Assembly: GCA_002469885.1 (NCBI GenBank)
Contig: DKOI01000112.1
Location: 1 to 54,083, forward strand
DNA: 54,083 bases
Direction of reading: 5' to 3'
DNA from: Legionellales bacterium UBA7366
Lineage (GTDB): Bacteria; Pseudomonadota; Gammaproteobacteria; UBA7366
In this document: positions 19,642-32,320 of the stretch, piece by piece
Numbering within the stretch: the stretch's first letter is position 1
Layout of the letters: every line of letters begins with the position of its first letter
Program-made: the position numbers and the translations under genes
Notes under the pieces: generated by a model
Told to the model about the DNA's origin: nothing
Database searches by the model: none
Seen by the model: only the letters and a program-made list of their open reading frames with translations

Positions 19642-21707
19642 AAACTGATGACTTACTCATAGAAATTCACACAGAAGAATTGCCCCCTAAATCGCTATTA
19701 CGTTTAAGCACCGCCTTCAAAAATAACGTAGAAGAGTTGCTGAAAAAAGCGCGGTTTGAATTTAACGCTATCGATGCGTATGCAACGCCCCGTAGGCTAG
19801 CATTGCTCGTAAATCAATTGCAAAATAAACAACCTGATCAAACGCTTGAAAAACGCGGACCTGCTTGGAAAGCGGCTTTTGACAAAGAGGGCAACCCAAC
19901 CAAAGCCTGTGAAGGTTTTGCCCAGTCGTGTGGAATCACAGTCAAAGATTTGCAAGAACTCAAAACTGATAAAGGCCACTGGGTCAGCGCGACAGTGAAT
20001 GAAAAAGGTGAATCGATCAGCTCGAAGATCACAGAGATTATTGAAACTGCATTAAAGCGCTTACCAACACCCAAAAATATGCGCTGGGGAAATTACGACA
20101 CCGAATTTGTACGCCCGATTCACAGCATTGTATTACTTTACGGTCACCAAGTGTTGCCAGCGGCCATCATGGGAAAACCGACTGACAAAATGACGCATGG
20201 CCATCGCGCATTGCATGCAAAAGAAGTCGAGATCCCATTGGCAAGAGACTATGCCGACGTGCTTGAAAAGGCGCACGTCATCGCAAGTTTTGAAAAGCGA
20301 AAGCAAACCATTCTTGATCAAATTAAAACGCTGGAAGAAAAGCATAAAGTGCATGCCCACATTGACAAAAATTTACTTGATGAAGTGACGGCCCTTGTTG
20401 AATGGCCAGTTGCGCTCTTGTGCGACTTTGATGAATCCTTTTTGGAAGTACCTGCAGAAGGTCTTATCTCAGCGATGCAATATCATCAAAAAAGTTTCCC
20501 GGTGAAAGGTGCTGACGGTAAGTTGCAACCACATTTTATCACGATCAGTAATATTAAAAGCCAAGACGAAAAACAAGTTATCGAGGGAAATCAACGCGTC
20601 ATGTGTGCTCGCTTGAGCGACGCTGCTTTCTTTTATCGCGTCGATCAGAAAACACCGCTTGAAGAGCGTTTAAGCGCGCTAGAACATATTATCTATCAAA
20701 AACAACTGGGCAGTCTACGTGACAAGGTCACTCGCATTGAAACGTTAAGTGGATTCATTGCTGACACCTTAAAAGTAGACAGTAAAAAACCTATGCGTGT
20801 TGCGCACTTAGCAAAAGCTGATCTTGCATCTGACATGGTCGCAGAATTTCCAGAGCTACAAGGCATCATGGGAAGCTATTATGCAAAATCAAGTGGCGAG
20901 AGTGACGATGTCGCACTCGCTATCAAAGAACATTATAAACCCGCATTTTCAGGTGACACCATCCCAAGCTCAGACAGTGCTTGCATCGTCTCCCTGGCAG
21001 ATCGTCTAGATACCTTAGTCGGCATTTTTGGAATAGGCTTGCTGCCGACAGGCGATAAAGACCCGTTTGCACTAAGGCGCGCTGCTTTAGGCATCATCCG
21101 AATCATCACTGAAAAGCACTATGGTTTAGACTGCAAATTCCTGCTTGAAAAAGCGATTGATTGCTATGACGGCAAGCTTTCAAATACCGACGTTCTGCAA
21201 AATCTGCTCACCTTTATTAATGATAGGCTACGCGCTTTTGAAATTGATAAGGGCATTGCACCTGATGTTTGGGCCTCTGTTAGCGCTCTTGGTTTAACCA
21301 ATATCAGTGATATTGAAAATCGTTTGGCCGCTGTGCAGCATTTCAAAACGCTAGATTCAGCAAGCGCTTTAGCGGCTGCCAACAAGCGGGTTAGCAACAT
21401 TCTATCCAAGCAGGCTGACGCTTTAAATAACTTACAAATTGACAAAGCCCTACTTGAGCACGATTCTGAAAAACACTTAGAAGCAATCCTGGCGACTAAA
21501 GCCAATGAAATAGGGCCGCTTTACCAAAATCAGAAATATGATGATGTGCTTCAAAATCTAAGCTCCCTAAAAGACCCTGTGGACAGTTTTTTCGATGATG
21601 TGCTCGTGATGAGTGAAGACGAAAAACTACGAAACAATCGCATTGCTTTGCTCAGCCAGCTAAGGCAGTTATTTTTAAAAGTTGCAGATGTGGCATTATT
21701 ACAATGA
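19638..21707 (+). CDS. glyS: glycine--tRNA ligase beta subunit
   Basis: 689 aa. N-terminus [17 protein letters not shown] overlap with glyQ. Confidence 0.95.
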   Translation: MKTDDLLIEIHTEELPPKSLLRLSTAFKNNVEELLKKARFEFNAIDAYATPRRLALLVNQLQNKQPDQTLEKRGPAWKAAFDKEGNPTKACEGFAQSCGITVKDLQELKTDKGHWVSATVNEKGESISSKITEIIETALKRLPTPKNMRWGNYDTEFVRPIHSIVLLYGHQVLPAAIMGKPTDKMTHGHRALHAKEVEIPLARDYADVLEKAHVIASFEKRKQTILDQIKTLEEKHKVHAHIDKNLLDEVTALVEWPVALLCDFDESFLEVPAEGLISAMQYHQKSFPVKGADGKLQPHFITISNIKSQDEKQVIEGNQRVMCARLSDAAFFYRVDQKTPLEERLSALEHIIYQKQLGSLRDKVTRIETLSGFIADTLKVDSKKPMRVAHLAKADLASDMVAEFPELQGIMGSYYAKSSGESDDVALAIKEHYKPAFSGDTIPSSDSACIVSLADRLDTLVGIFGIGLLPTGDKDPFALRRAALGIIRIITEKHYGLDCKFLLEKAIDCYDGKLSNTDVLQNLLTFINDRLRAFEIDKGIAPDVWASVSALGLTNISDIENRLAAVQHFKTLDSASALAAANKRVSNILSKQADALNNLQIDKALLEHDSEKHLEAILATKANEIGPLYQNQKYDDVLQNLSSLKDPVDSFFDDVLVMSEDEKLRNNRIALLSQLRQLFLKVADVALLQ

Positions 21708-22261
21708 GTGATCCCAAAAAATTAATCATACTTGATCGTGACGGCGTCATTAATCATGACTCGCCGGAATATATTAAAACCCCGGATGAATGCCATTTTA
21801 TTGATGGCAGCATTGAGGCTATCGCCACACTACACAAAGCCGGTTTTCTCGTCGCTATTGCCACCAACCAAGCCGGCATCGGTAGGGGTTTATACACCAA
21901 AGACACTTTGGCGAAGATTCATAAAAAAATGGTAGAGGCCGTTGAGAGAGAAGATGGCCGTATCGATGCTATTTTTTATTGTCCACACCATCCAGATGAT
22001 GACTGTGATTGCCGAAAGCCCAAACCCGGTTTGCTGCATCAAATTGAAAAACACTTTAACATTAACTTAAATGACGCTTTTTTAGTCGGCGATTCCTGGC
22101 GCGACATAAGAGCCGCCATTACCGTTGGCACCAAGGCTATCTTAGTCAAGACAGGTAATGGCGAGATGACATTAGAAGCCGACCATGACTTAACAGGCGT
22201 AGTTGTCTGTGATAATTTAGCCGGCGCAGTTGATTGGATTATAACAAAAGGAATAGCATGA
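21704..22261 (+). CDS. gmhB: D-glycero-beta-D-manno-heptose 1,7-bisphosphate 7-phosphatase
   Basis: 185 aa. HAD motif I is DRDGVIN and the Zn-binding insert is CPHHPDDDCDCRKPKPG. ATGA overlap with glyS. Confidence 0.88.
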   Translation: MSDPKKLIILDRDGVINHDSPEYIKTPDECHFIDGSIEAIATLHKAGFLVAIATNQAGIGRGLYTKDTLAKIHKKMVEAVEREDGRIDAIFYCPHHPDDDCDCRKPKPGLLHQIEKHFNINLNDAFLVGDSWRDIRAAITVGTKAILVKTGNGEMTLEADHDLTGVVVCDNLAGAVDWIITKGIA

Positions 22262-22986
22262 ATATGTTTAAAAAAACATGGTATGGATTTCGCAGTTTTC
22301 TTTTTTATGCAGTTCAAGCTATAGTCACAGGGCCATACGGCATTTTTAGCTTGTTTTGTTACAAGCTTTCCGCCCATACCCGCTATGAGATCATTCGCCT
22401 TTGGATAAAATTCAACATTGTAAGTCTGCGACTACTTTGTGGCGTAAAATTTGAAGTTGAAGGTTTAGAAAACATCACTGAACAAAACGGTGTGATCTTA
22501 GCGAACCATCAGTCAACCTATGAAACATTCATTTTGCCTCTTATCTTTCATCAGCCAACGATTATTCTTAAAAAACAATTATTAGATATTCCTTTCTTTG
22601 GTTGGGGCTTACGCCTACTTGACCCAATAAGCGTTGACAAGAAAAAACCTACGTCATCAATGCAGCAATTATTAACGCTAGGCCAACAAAAGTTAAAAGA
22701 AGGGCGTTGGGTCTTAATCTTTCCTGAAAGCGAACGCGTTGAAGCAGGAAAAAAAGCCAGATACCGCATTGGTGGTGCCATGCTTGCGAAAAGAGCAGGC
22801 GTGCCCGTTTTACCCGTTGCCCATAACAGTGGAAAATACTGGCCAGGGAAAGGCTTTATTAAATACCCTGGCACAGTCAAAGTTGTCATTGGTTCGCCTA
22901 TCGACACAACCAATCGTTCTCAAGAAGAAGTGTTAGCCATGGCTAAAATTCGTATTGAGAAAACACTGGAGATCATTAACCTTTAA
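22258..22986 (+). CDS. plsC: 1-acyl-sn-glycerol-3-phosphate acyltransferase
   Basis: HX4D/E box NHQSTYE and IFPESER motif. Start ATG 22258 (ATGA overlap with the gmhB stop) is preferred to the track start 22234. Confidence 0.88.
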   Translation: MNMFKKTWYGFRSFLFYAVQAIVTGPYGIFSLFCYKLSAHTRYEIIRLWIKFNIVSLRLLCGVKFEVEGLENITEQNGVILANHQSTYETFILPLIFHQPTIILKKQLLDIPFFGWGLRLLDPISVDKKKPTSSMQQLLTLGQQKLKEGRWVLIFPESERVEAGKKARYRIGGAMLAKRAGVPVLPVAHNSGKYWPGKGFIKYPGTVKVVIGSPIDTTNRSQEEVLAMAKIRIEKTLEIINL

Positions 22987-22990
22987 GCCA

Positions 22991-25120
22991 TTACCAGCCA
23001 GCGCCAATTGTTCTCCCATTCAGGCCAACATCATTTTTCCCACCAAAGCCTTGCTCAAAATCCGAGGCTTTATCCGTTTTTGGATCCGTATTACAACGGT
23101 AAAACGGCGTGAGGTGACCACTAGAAAAGCTCAACTTCATAGCGCTCAGATTTGGCAAGCCTGACCTAAAACTTGTTGCGGCTATAATAAGGCCATATAA
23201 AAAGTATCGATTATCAACGCCTAAAGTGCTACTCAACACATCCAATGTTTCTTCCTGTGCGTTAAGCGCAACCATGCCAGCCGTATTTAATAGCAAGCTG
23301 CCGTAAGCAATGATTTTTTTCCATTTAAACTGTTTATTAACAGATTGCTCTAACGAATTTTGCTCTCCCTCATCAACAGGCGCAAACGTAAAGCCTTGAG
23401 ATTTTGTATGTGTTTTATCACCAAATAACTTGGCGTAAGCCGCATCAAAGAAATCATTAATTTGTATTTGTACTTTTCGGCCACCCCATAAGGCATCTGT
23501 TGACACAAAAACGATGGCAACAAAACTCGCCAACTCAGGGGGTATTGGTGCACTAAAAAATTCTGTGATCGCTGAAAACACATAATAATTAGCTAACGCA
23601 TACGTTAAGTTCAAACTCTGGCCTACTGCAACTTTTACTATTTCAAATACAATGAAGGCAGTAATTTTAACAAAGGCAGAGCACACATTATGACTGCTCC
23701 ACAACATGGAAATATAACGGGCACTGTCCGCAAGATACATGCCAATGAGTTTAAAAATATTTTCCTTAATAAACTCGGTCAGCACCACCTGGAAGATAGC
23801 GAAAAAACCCAAAGTTGCCATAGCAGCGGATGGAATTGCGACCCATTGCCCAACTAACTCTGCATTGTCTGCCCACTCAAGCGCACCTAGTGATGCCCCT
23901 GCTGATAATGCGGCGAGAATACCGGCCACGATCATGAGTGAGGTACGCCAGCTGACAGGCTGTCCGAAACGATCCTTAAATATTTTTTTATTCAACCACT
24001 GATCTGAACACCACTTAGTGTCGTCACACGTCAGAAAATAGTTCGTGATTGACCCGCCGACAAAAACACACCCTAATGCGACAACCGCCAATACTTTATT
24101 TTGATCTTCTAGCTTTTTATAGATTTCATCCGCCGCAACGCCACCTTCACCAATACCAATCAACAGTGCTGCAATGGCTGCAAAGCCAGCTGTGTAATAA
24201 GTATTTCTGTATTCCTTTCTTACTTCTTCCCTAAAATCTCCAGCTCCCTCAATAGGACTAACATACTGTGTTTTTATGCCTTTCTTTTCTTTATAGATCA
24301 CACGATACGAGGGAAAATGATATTTTGGAAATGCTGCGTGCGATTTACGTTCTTGATACCCTTGCTTTTCCTCGATAGAAAACACTTTTTTTTCTGACAT
24401 CAATCTATCCACGGGCACAATTTGCAATGGCAGATTACAGGTAAGAGCAACATTATCAATGGAAGCCCGCACTACCGCACGCTCATCTTCTAATGCTCTA
24501 GCTTGTTCTCGCGAATTTTTTGCCAGAACACGTAAGTCATAAAGAATTGTTTGGTAAGGTATATTACACACGGCTTCAATATCATCTTTAAACGTTTTTT
24601 CGGCTATCAATGAATAATCAGGGTTATGCTTATAATCTTCTTGATGCAAGATTTTATAATAATAATCGTTTATGTGTTGATTCAATTTTCCAGCATCACT
24701 TTCAGATTTTAATTTACTGGCTAAGGCATGTTGTACACGATCTATTTGAGCCCTGTCTTCTCTATTGAGATAAGCATGATGAGTAATCTGTTGCTTTTTA
24801 AACACACCATACAAATGTTCTAAAAATGACGCCTTCGAGGCAGCAGGTTTATTCTCAGTCGACAACTGATGGACTGTCGGAATTTCATCAACCCCTAAGC
24901 GTGCAAGGACAGCTAACGCTTTTGCATAAGCCAACCCTTCTGCATTGCCTAAACAGCTCCAGCTGATCAACCATTGTTTATGATAAAAATGATTCCGCAT
25001 GAAATACGTAAATGAAGCTATGGGTTTGTTATCAACTAGTCCTTCAAATGCTTGACTATGATAACTGTTGATAATGTCGGAAAGGCTTCCCTCGGGTTGA
25101 GTCAACAAATCTTCTTGCAT
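22991..25120 (-). CDS. hypothetical polytopic membrane protein (orphan; effector candidate)
   Basis: 709 aa. A soluble, charged N-terminal domain of about 320 aa is followed by about 8 predicted TM helices and a Gly/Asn-rich tail. I recognise no family motif. Confidence 0.6.
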   Translation of the reverse strand: MQEDLLTQPEGSLSDIINSYHSQAFEGLVDNKPIASFTYFMRNHFYHKQWLISWSCLGNAEGLAYAKALAVLARLGVDEIPTVHQLSTENKPAASKASFLEHLYGVFKKQQITHHAYLNREDRAQIDRVQHALASKLKSESDAGKLNQHINDYYYKILHQEDYKHNPDYSLIAEKTFKDDIEAVCNIPYQTILYDLRVLAKNSREQARALEDERAVVRASIDNVALTCNLPLQIVPVDRLMSEKKVFSIEEKQGYQERKSHAAFPKYHFPSYRVIYKEKKGIKTQYVSPIEGAGDFREEVRKEYRNTYYTAGFAAIAALLIGIGEGGVAADEIYKKLEDQNKVLAVVALGCVFVGGSITNYFLTCDDTKWCSDQWLNKKIFKDRFGQPVSWRTSLMIVAGILAALSAGASLGALEWADNAELVGQWVAIPSAAMATLGFFAIFQVVLTEFIKENIFKLIGMYLADSARYISMLWSSHNVCSAFVKITAFIVFEIVKVAVGQSLNLTYALANYYVFSAITEFFSAPIPPELASFVAIVFVSTDALWGGRKVQIQINDFFDAAYAKLFGDKTHTKSQGFTFAPVDEGEQNSLEQSVNKQFKWKKIIAYGSLLLNTAGMVALNAQEETLDVLSSTLGVDNRYFLYGLIIAATSFRSGLPNLSAMKLSFSSGHLTPFYRCNTDPKTDKASDFEQGFGGKNDVGLNGRTIGAGW

Positions 25121-25221
25121 AATAGTTTCTTCTCTTTATTCTCCATTAGAGGAAAGAGTATAGAAGAAGTTTATCGATCAATAAAATGAATAATTAAATA
25201 TTTTTGATAAATTTAATTGGT

Positions 25222-25632
25222 TTAGCTGGTTTTTAAATCGCTTGCAAGCTTTGCATCCCTATCGCAATTATTACCTTCCGCATAAACCGCAATAATGGTA
25301 TTGTTTTCGTCAACTTCAAAGGTTGTTTCACATTTAAGAAAATACGTTTCACCTGGGATCACTTCTGTTGGCGTCGTTACCACTTGGCCAGAACCTGTTA
25401 CCGTCACGTAACTCGGATTCACCGATCCAGTTCGCTGCATCTTTTGAATGGCGTTGTAGCGATATTCTGTATTACCATTGCTGGCCGTTATTTTACGCGT
25501 AGGTTGACCCCACTTTGCCACTAGCTCATTGGAGCTCACACCTTTCCAATCTTGGGTCAAGGAATCAGACTGTGTTAACCCACTGCATGCCGTTAGGGCA
25601 AGTGAGATCAAAATAATAACAACGTTTCGCAT
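25222..25632 (-). CDS. small lipoprotein, unknown function
   Basis: 136 aa with lipobox LALTAC at residues 11-16. Confidence 0.65.
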   Translation of the reverse strand: MRNVVIILISLALTACSGLTQSDSLTQDWKGVSSNELVAKWGQPTRKITASNGNTEYRYNAIQKMQRTGSVNPSYVTVTGSGQVVTTPTEVIPGETYFLKCETTFEVDENNTIIAVYAEGNNCDRDAKLASDLKTS

Positions 25633-25690
25633 AAATCAGTATCCTTACATAAGTGTTTGTCAATCGTGTCAACCTGGTCTATAAAATATA

Positions 25691-26374
25691 TCACGCTTGA
25701 TCTGGTGCGCCAATATTTTCATCTCTCATCTGTGCTGTGAACGTTGTGGCCCGGCTATCGGGGTAAAGTGTGATTTGAACTCTTCGATTTTCATACAATC
25801 CTTTTGCACTACGCATGCTAGAAATAGGTTCACGTGAGCCCAAACCCGCATAGCGCATTACTCGTGTGCCATCAACGGAATTGATCCCTTGAGTCTCTAA
25901 AAAATGAGTGATTTTTGCGGCTTGAGCACCGGAGAGCGTGTCTTCAAACTTTTTGGTGCCAATATTAGACGTGTTTACAGTAACTAATATATTTTTATGG
26001 GGATAGTAGCTGAGATAGATTGCTAAATCATTTAATACTGTGTCTGCGTGTTTTGCTAAATCTGTGGTCGCAGGATCAAAAAGTGCATCGCTGGGGATGA
26101 TGATTGTAATGCTATCACCCACTTGAAAGGATTCCCCGCCAGAGGCTTTTACCTTCTTAAGCGAGGGTAAGCTGGCATAGTAGCCAATACCGCCACCAAG
26201 CAACCCTGAGAGCAAGGTGATTGCCTTATCGGCCCCTAGAACGTGTGCAATACTCGCGCCAGTTGCCGCACCTGCGCTCGTATACGTTGCTTGTCGGTTC
26301 TGTTGGGCTGTGCTGCTGCATGCTGTTAAAAAAAGGATGAGAGGAAGCAGTATTATTGTTTTTATTTTATTCAT
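25691..26374 (-). CDS. OmpA-family lipoprotein with glycine-zipper (YiaD-like)
   Basis: Lipobox LFLTAC, a Gly-zipper (GLLGGGIGYY), and a C-terminal OmpA-like peptidoglycan-binding domain (GLGSREPI...NRRVQITL). ATG 26374 is preferred over 26380 on RBS spacing. Confidence 0.75.
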   Translation of the reverse strand: MNKIKTIILLPLILFLTACSSTAQQNRQATYTSAGAATGASIAHVLGADKAITLLSGLLGGGIGYYASLPSLKKVKASGGESFQVGDSITIIIPSDALFDPATTDLAKHADTVLNDLAIYLSYYPHKNILVTVNTSNIGTKKFEDTLSGAQAAKITHFLETQGINSVDGTRVMRYAGLGSREPISSMRSAKGLYENRRVQITLYPDSRATTFTAQMRDENIGAPDQA

Positions 26375-26515
26375 TACCATTGCCTTTGTTTTGATTTTTA
26401 TAAGTACAATTGTATGTTAAAAAGGTAAAGAAAACAAAGGAAAAAAATCGCATTCTCTGATACAATTTAGCCAGTGATAAGCTAGACAAAAAATGACGTT
26501 TTTTCAATAAGTTAG

Positions 26516-28942
<2,427 letters not shown>

Positions 28943-28953
28943 AAAACTCGCTT

Positions 28954-28999
28954 ACCTTGAAAATCTAAAGGCTGACTTTATATTTTCAAGGTGCTTTTT
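28954..28999 (+). terminator. gyrB rho-independent terminator
   Basis: ACCTTGAAAAT (28954..28964) pairs with ATTTTCAAGGT (28982..28992) across a 17-nt loop, followed by GCTTTTT. Confidence 0.65.
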
Positions 29000-29016
29000 C
29001 ATGGAATTTAACTAAA

Positions 29017-29045
29017 TTGACATATTTGCCTTGAAAATCTATAAT
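29017..29045 (+). promoter_or_regulatory. consensus sigma70 promoter for the DUF4143 ATPase gene
   Basis: TTGACA (29017..29022), a 17-nt spacer, then TATAAT (29040..29045): a perfect match to consensus. A 10-bp inverted repeat TGAAAATCTA/TAGATTTTCA (29032..29041 / 29053..29062) brackets the -10. Confidence 0.55.
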
Positions 29046-29072
29046 AGCACTTTAGATTTTCACGGTGTTTAT

Positions 29073-30203
29073 ATGTTTCGTCCCGAGTACATAGAAAAAA
29101 TCAAGGCGTTACATGAGAGCCACCCCATCGTTGCCTTACTAGGCCCTAGGCAGTGCGGAAAAACAACGCTTGCTCACATGCTAGCGGATTCCGACACCAT
29201 ACCCACCCATTTTTTTGACCTTGAAGACCCAGAAGTCCTTGTCAAACTAGACAACCCAAAGCTTGCGCTTGAAAGCCTCTCGGGGCTCATTGTTATTGAC
29301 GAAATACAACGCTCGCCTGAGTTATTTCCCTATTTACGTGTCTTAGTCGACCAAAACCCGAGCCTTAAGCTGCTCATACTAGGAAGCGCCTCTCGAGAAC
29401 TCATCAAACAGTCCTCGGAAAGCTTAGCTGGCAGAGTCGCCTACATTGAAGTAACACCTTTTAGCTTTACGGAGACAAAGGAGATGCAAAATCTGTGGAT
29501 ACGAGGTGGATTCCCCCGCTGTTACTTAGCGCCCTCTTTTGATGCAAGCATTGCCTGGCGGAAACATTACATTACAACCTTCTTAGAGCAGGATATCCCA
29601 AACCTTGGCATTAACGTTCCACCACAAATGCTGCGTCGATTCTGGATGATGCTCGCACATTTCCATGGCAATGTTTTTAATGCCGCCGACCTAGGGAAAT
29701 CGCTGGGTGTTACTGGGCCCACAATACGCCGCTACCTTGATATCTTAACAGGCACGTTCATGGTGAGACAGCTGCAACCTTGGTTCGTTAATATGAAAAA
29801 ACGCCAAGTCAAATCACCAAAAATTTACTTCAAAGACAGTGGTATTTTTCATACACTGATGGGGATTTCAGACCAAGATACGCTCTTATCTCACCCTAGG
29901 CTAGGCGCATCCTGGGAAGGCTTTGCCCTTGAAGAAATTATACGATATATCGATGCCACACCAGAGGAGTGTTACTTTTGGGCAACGCATGCGGGGGCAG
30001 AACTGGATTTATTAATTATCAAAGACGGAAAAAAATTGGGTTTTGAATTTAAATATTCCGATGCGCCTAAACTCACAGCCTCAATGAAAATTGCCTTTGA
30101 AGAACTTGAGCTTGACTCTCTCACCGTTATCTACCCAGGTAAAAGCACATTCCCATTGCACGAGGGTATCACGGTTTCAGGCCTAGCAAATTATCTCACT
30201 TAA
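29073..30203 (+). CDS. AAA ATPase with DUF4143 C-terminal domain (COG1373-like)
   Basis: Walker A GPRQCGKTT and Walker B LIVIDEIQ, with the family-typical length. The track start 29031 lies inside the promoter, so ATG 29073 is preferred. Confidence 0.75.
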   Translation: MFRPEYIEKIKALHESHPIVALLGPRQCGKTTLAHMLADSDTIPTHFFDLEDPEVLVKLDNPKLALESLSGLIVIDEIQRSPELFPYLRVLVDQNPSLKLLILGSASRELIKQSSESLAGRVAYIEVTPFSFTETKEMQNLWIRGGFPRCYLAPSFDASIAWRKHYITTFLEQDIPNLGINVPPQMLRRFWMMLAHFHGNVFNAADLGKSLGVTGPTIRRYLDILTGTFMVRQLQPWFVNMKKRQVKSPKIYFKDSGIFHTLMGISDQDTLLSHPRLGASWEGFALEEIIRYIDATPEECYFWATHAGAELDLLIIKDGKKLGFEFKYSDAPKLTASMKIAFEELELDSLTVIYPGKSTFPLHEGITVSGLANYLT

Positions 30204-30312
30204 CGTCTCGGCACCGGCGATAAAATCTATTAATGCTGACTTTCCAGCACAGAAATCTCCACGTAGAACTTATATGCTGTTATCAAAACAACCTAACTCA
30301 TGAGATAAAAAT

Positions 30313-30564
30313 ATGAAAGATGCATTTACTCAAGCTGTTAAATACATATATGAACATATTGATGAACTAATCTCCTTAAAGGATATTGCTCTTCATACAG
30401 GCATATCTATTAAATCACTAAAACATTTATTTCAAAAGGCTGTCGAACAAACACCAGGTGCGTTCATACGAAAATTGAAAATGGAGCTTACTTTTACCCT
30501 TTTTGACAAATTTCCAGAAAGTTCAGTCTCTGCAAAAATTACGATAAATGTACTCCTAGCATAA
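30313..30564 (+). pseudogene. AraC/XylS-family HTH fragment (first HTH only; decayed regulator)
   Basis: 83 aa. ISLKDIALHTGISIKSLKHLFQKAVEQTPGAFIRKLKMEL corresponds to HTH-1 plus the linker helix of an AraC DNA-binding domain. There is no N-terminal domain and HTH-2 is missing. A different frame at 30543..30587 reads DKCTPSIKYLRHN, resembling the usual ...TPxxYR C-terminus. Confidence 0.55.
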
Positions 30565-30664
30565 AGTACTTAAGGCACAACGTAGAATGATGAATCTAAC
30601 TGTTTAATTCTACTGATAAAGGGTGCATATCAACCCGCAAAAAAGGCAAAACTTTGAACAAAAG

Positions 30665-30694
30665 TTGGATTTTAACAAAAAATCTGGGTATCAT
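30665..30694 (+). promoter_or_regulatory. possible promoter of the pilus operon
   Basis: TTGGAT, an 18-nt spacer, then TATCAT, ending 31 nt upstream of the ATPase ATG. A weak match. Confidence 0.3.
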
Positions 30695-30725
30695 GAACAG
30701 ATAATAATAAATTGGCTTAATAAAA

Positions 30726-32288
30726 ATGAATAATCAAAGTCAACAAGACGAGCTGGCGCGTCTCACACAATATGCGAACGCTACCGGCACAAGTGTTGTT
30801 ACCAGCACAGCAAACCTTGATATCAAAGATTCGATTCTTGCTGATATGCACCATTGGTGTAAGAAACAAGGCGATATCGCCGTGTTGAACAGTGGCGTTA
30901 TCCTATCATCAAACCCAGCGTCTCGTGATATTCAAAACATTAAAACTGCATTACTCAACAAAGGGCTACGGCCTGGGCGTGTCTATGCCGCCACGCAAGA
31001 TCTAATCAGTTTATTGCTCGCTAACAGCGTGGGCGAGAATGATGACATTGGCGAACAAGAAATCAGTGATCGCCAACAATACCTGCGAAATCTTGTGAGT
31101 GAAGCGATTATCCGAAACGCCAGTGATATTCACATACAAGTTAGACGTAATAAAACCACTATTCGAATGCGGAGTCATGGCACCTTATCCACATACGCAG
31201 AATGGACACAAAAACTCGGCCGTGAAATTGCTGCCGTTGCATTCAATAAAGAAACCGATCACGCAACTTCACACTTCAATCCCCTCGTGCCACAAGATGC
31301 CTCGATGCCGCTTGAAATTAATGGTCGCGATGTGCGTTTGCGTCTTGCAAGCGTGCCTGCGCACGGCGGGTTTGATATGGTTTTTCGTATCTTAACAACA
31401 GGTCATGAGGATTTACTGAAACTTTCAGAGCTTGGCTACACAGAAAAACAAGTGAGCTTGATTGCCGATGCTGTCAAATATCCACACGGTGCTATCATTG
31501 TGGCAGGCCCAACTGGGTCAGGTAAAACCACCACGCTAGCAAGTTGCATGGAAATGATTGACCCTATCCGAAAATTATACTCCATTGAAGATCCTGTTGA
31601 GAAAGTTGTGGAAAAAGCGACGCAAGTGCCTGTGAATACAGACAAAACCGATAGAAGTTTTGCCAGCATGGGGCGAGCAGCTTTGCGAATGGATCCTGAT
31701 GTGATTATTCTCGGGGAAATGCGTGATGAAGACACGGCAAGTGTCATGGTACGCGCGTCAATTACAGGTCACTTGGTGTTAACGACTGTTCATACGAACA
31801 GTGCAACCGGCATTATTACCCGACTAATGGATTTAGGTGTCTCATCAAACTTACTCAGTGATGCCAGCGTATTGCGCTTACTCATGTTTCAACGACTGAT
31901 TGCAAAAATTTGTCCGCACTGTTCGATTCCTTTATCCGAATCAACAAAACATATTCCTCACTTAAGCAGTTGGCAAACTGTCTTTCCTGTGATGAGTGCA
32001 ATGCGTGCAAAAGGCCCCGGGTGTGACAAATGTGACAACACAGGCGTACAAGGTCGAACCGTCATTGCCGAAGTGGTTTGGATTGATGATAAAGGTCGCG
32101 AATTTATTCAGCGAGGGGATACTCTAGGTTGGGACCAATATTTAAAAGAACAAGGCTTTGAGTCTTATCAAATGCATGCAATAACACTAGCCAAATCAGG
32201 CGCTTGCGATCCACTTGACGTTGAAGCAGTCGTGGGCAAACTCGCAATAACCATTGATGGTGGCAAATTTGATTACAGGTCGGTATAA
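30726..32288 (+). CDS. type IV pilus/T2SS assembly ATPase (GspE/PilB family; R64 PilQ-like role)
   Basis: 520 aa. Walker A GPTGSGKTT, Asp-box/Walker B DPDVIILGEMRD, His box TGHLVLTTVHTNSA, and tetracysteine CPHC...CDKC. Confidence 0.9.
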   Translation: MNNQSQQDELARLTQYANATGTSVVTSTANLDIKDSILADMHHWCKKQGDIAVLNSGVILSSNPASRDIQNIKTALLNKGLRPGRVYAATQDLISLLLANSVGENDDIGEQEISDRQQYLRNLVSEAIIRNASDIHIQVRRNKTTIRMRSHGTLSTYAEWTQKLGREIAAVAFNKETDHATSHFNPLVPQDASMPLEINGRDVRLRLASVPAHGGFDMVFRILTTGHEDLLKLSELGYTEKQVSLIADAVKYPHGAIIVAGPTGSGKTTTLASCMEMIDPIRKLYSIEDPVEKVVEKATQVPVNTDKTDRSFASMGRAALRMDPDVIILGEMRDEDTASVMVRASITGHLVLTTVHTNSATGIITRLMDLGVSSNLLSDASVLRLLMFQRLIAKICPHCSIPLSESTKHIPHLSSWQTVFPVMSAMRAKGPGCDKCDNTGVQGRTVIAEVVWIDDKGREFIQRGDTLGWDQYLKEQGFESYQMHAITLAKSGACDPLDVEAVVGKLAITIDGGKFDYRSV

Positions 32289-32320
32289 TAATTCAATCAT
32301 AATAAAAAAAATAAAAAACG

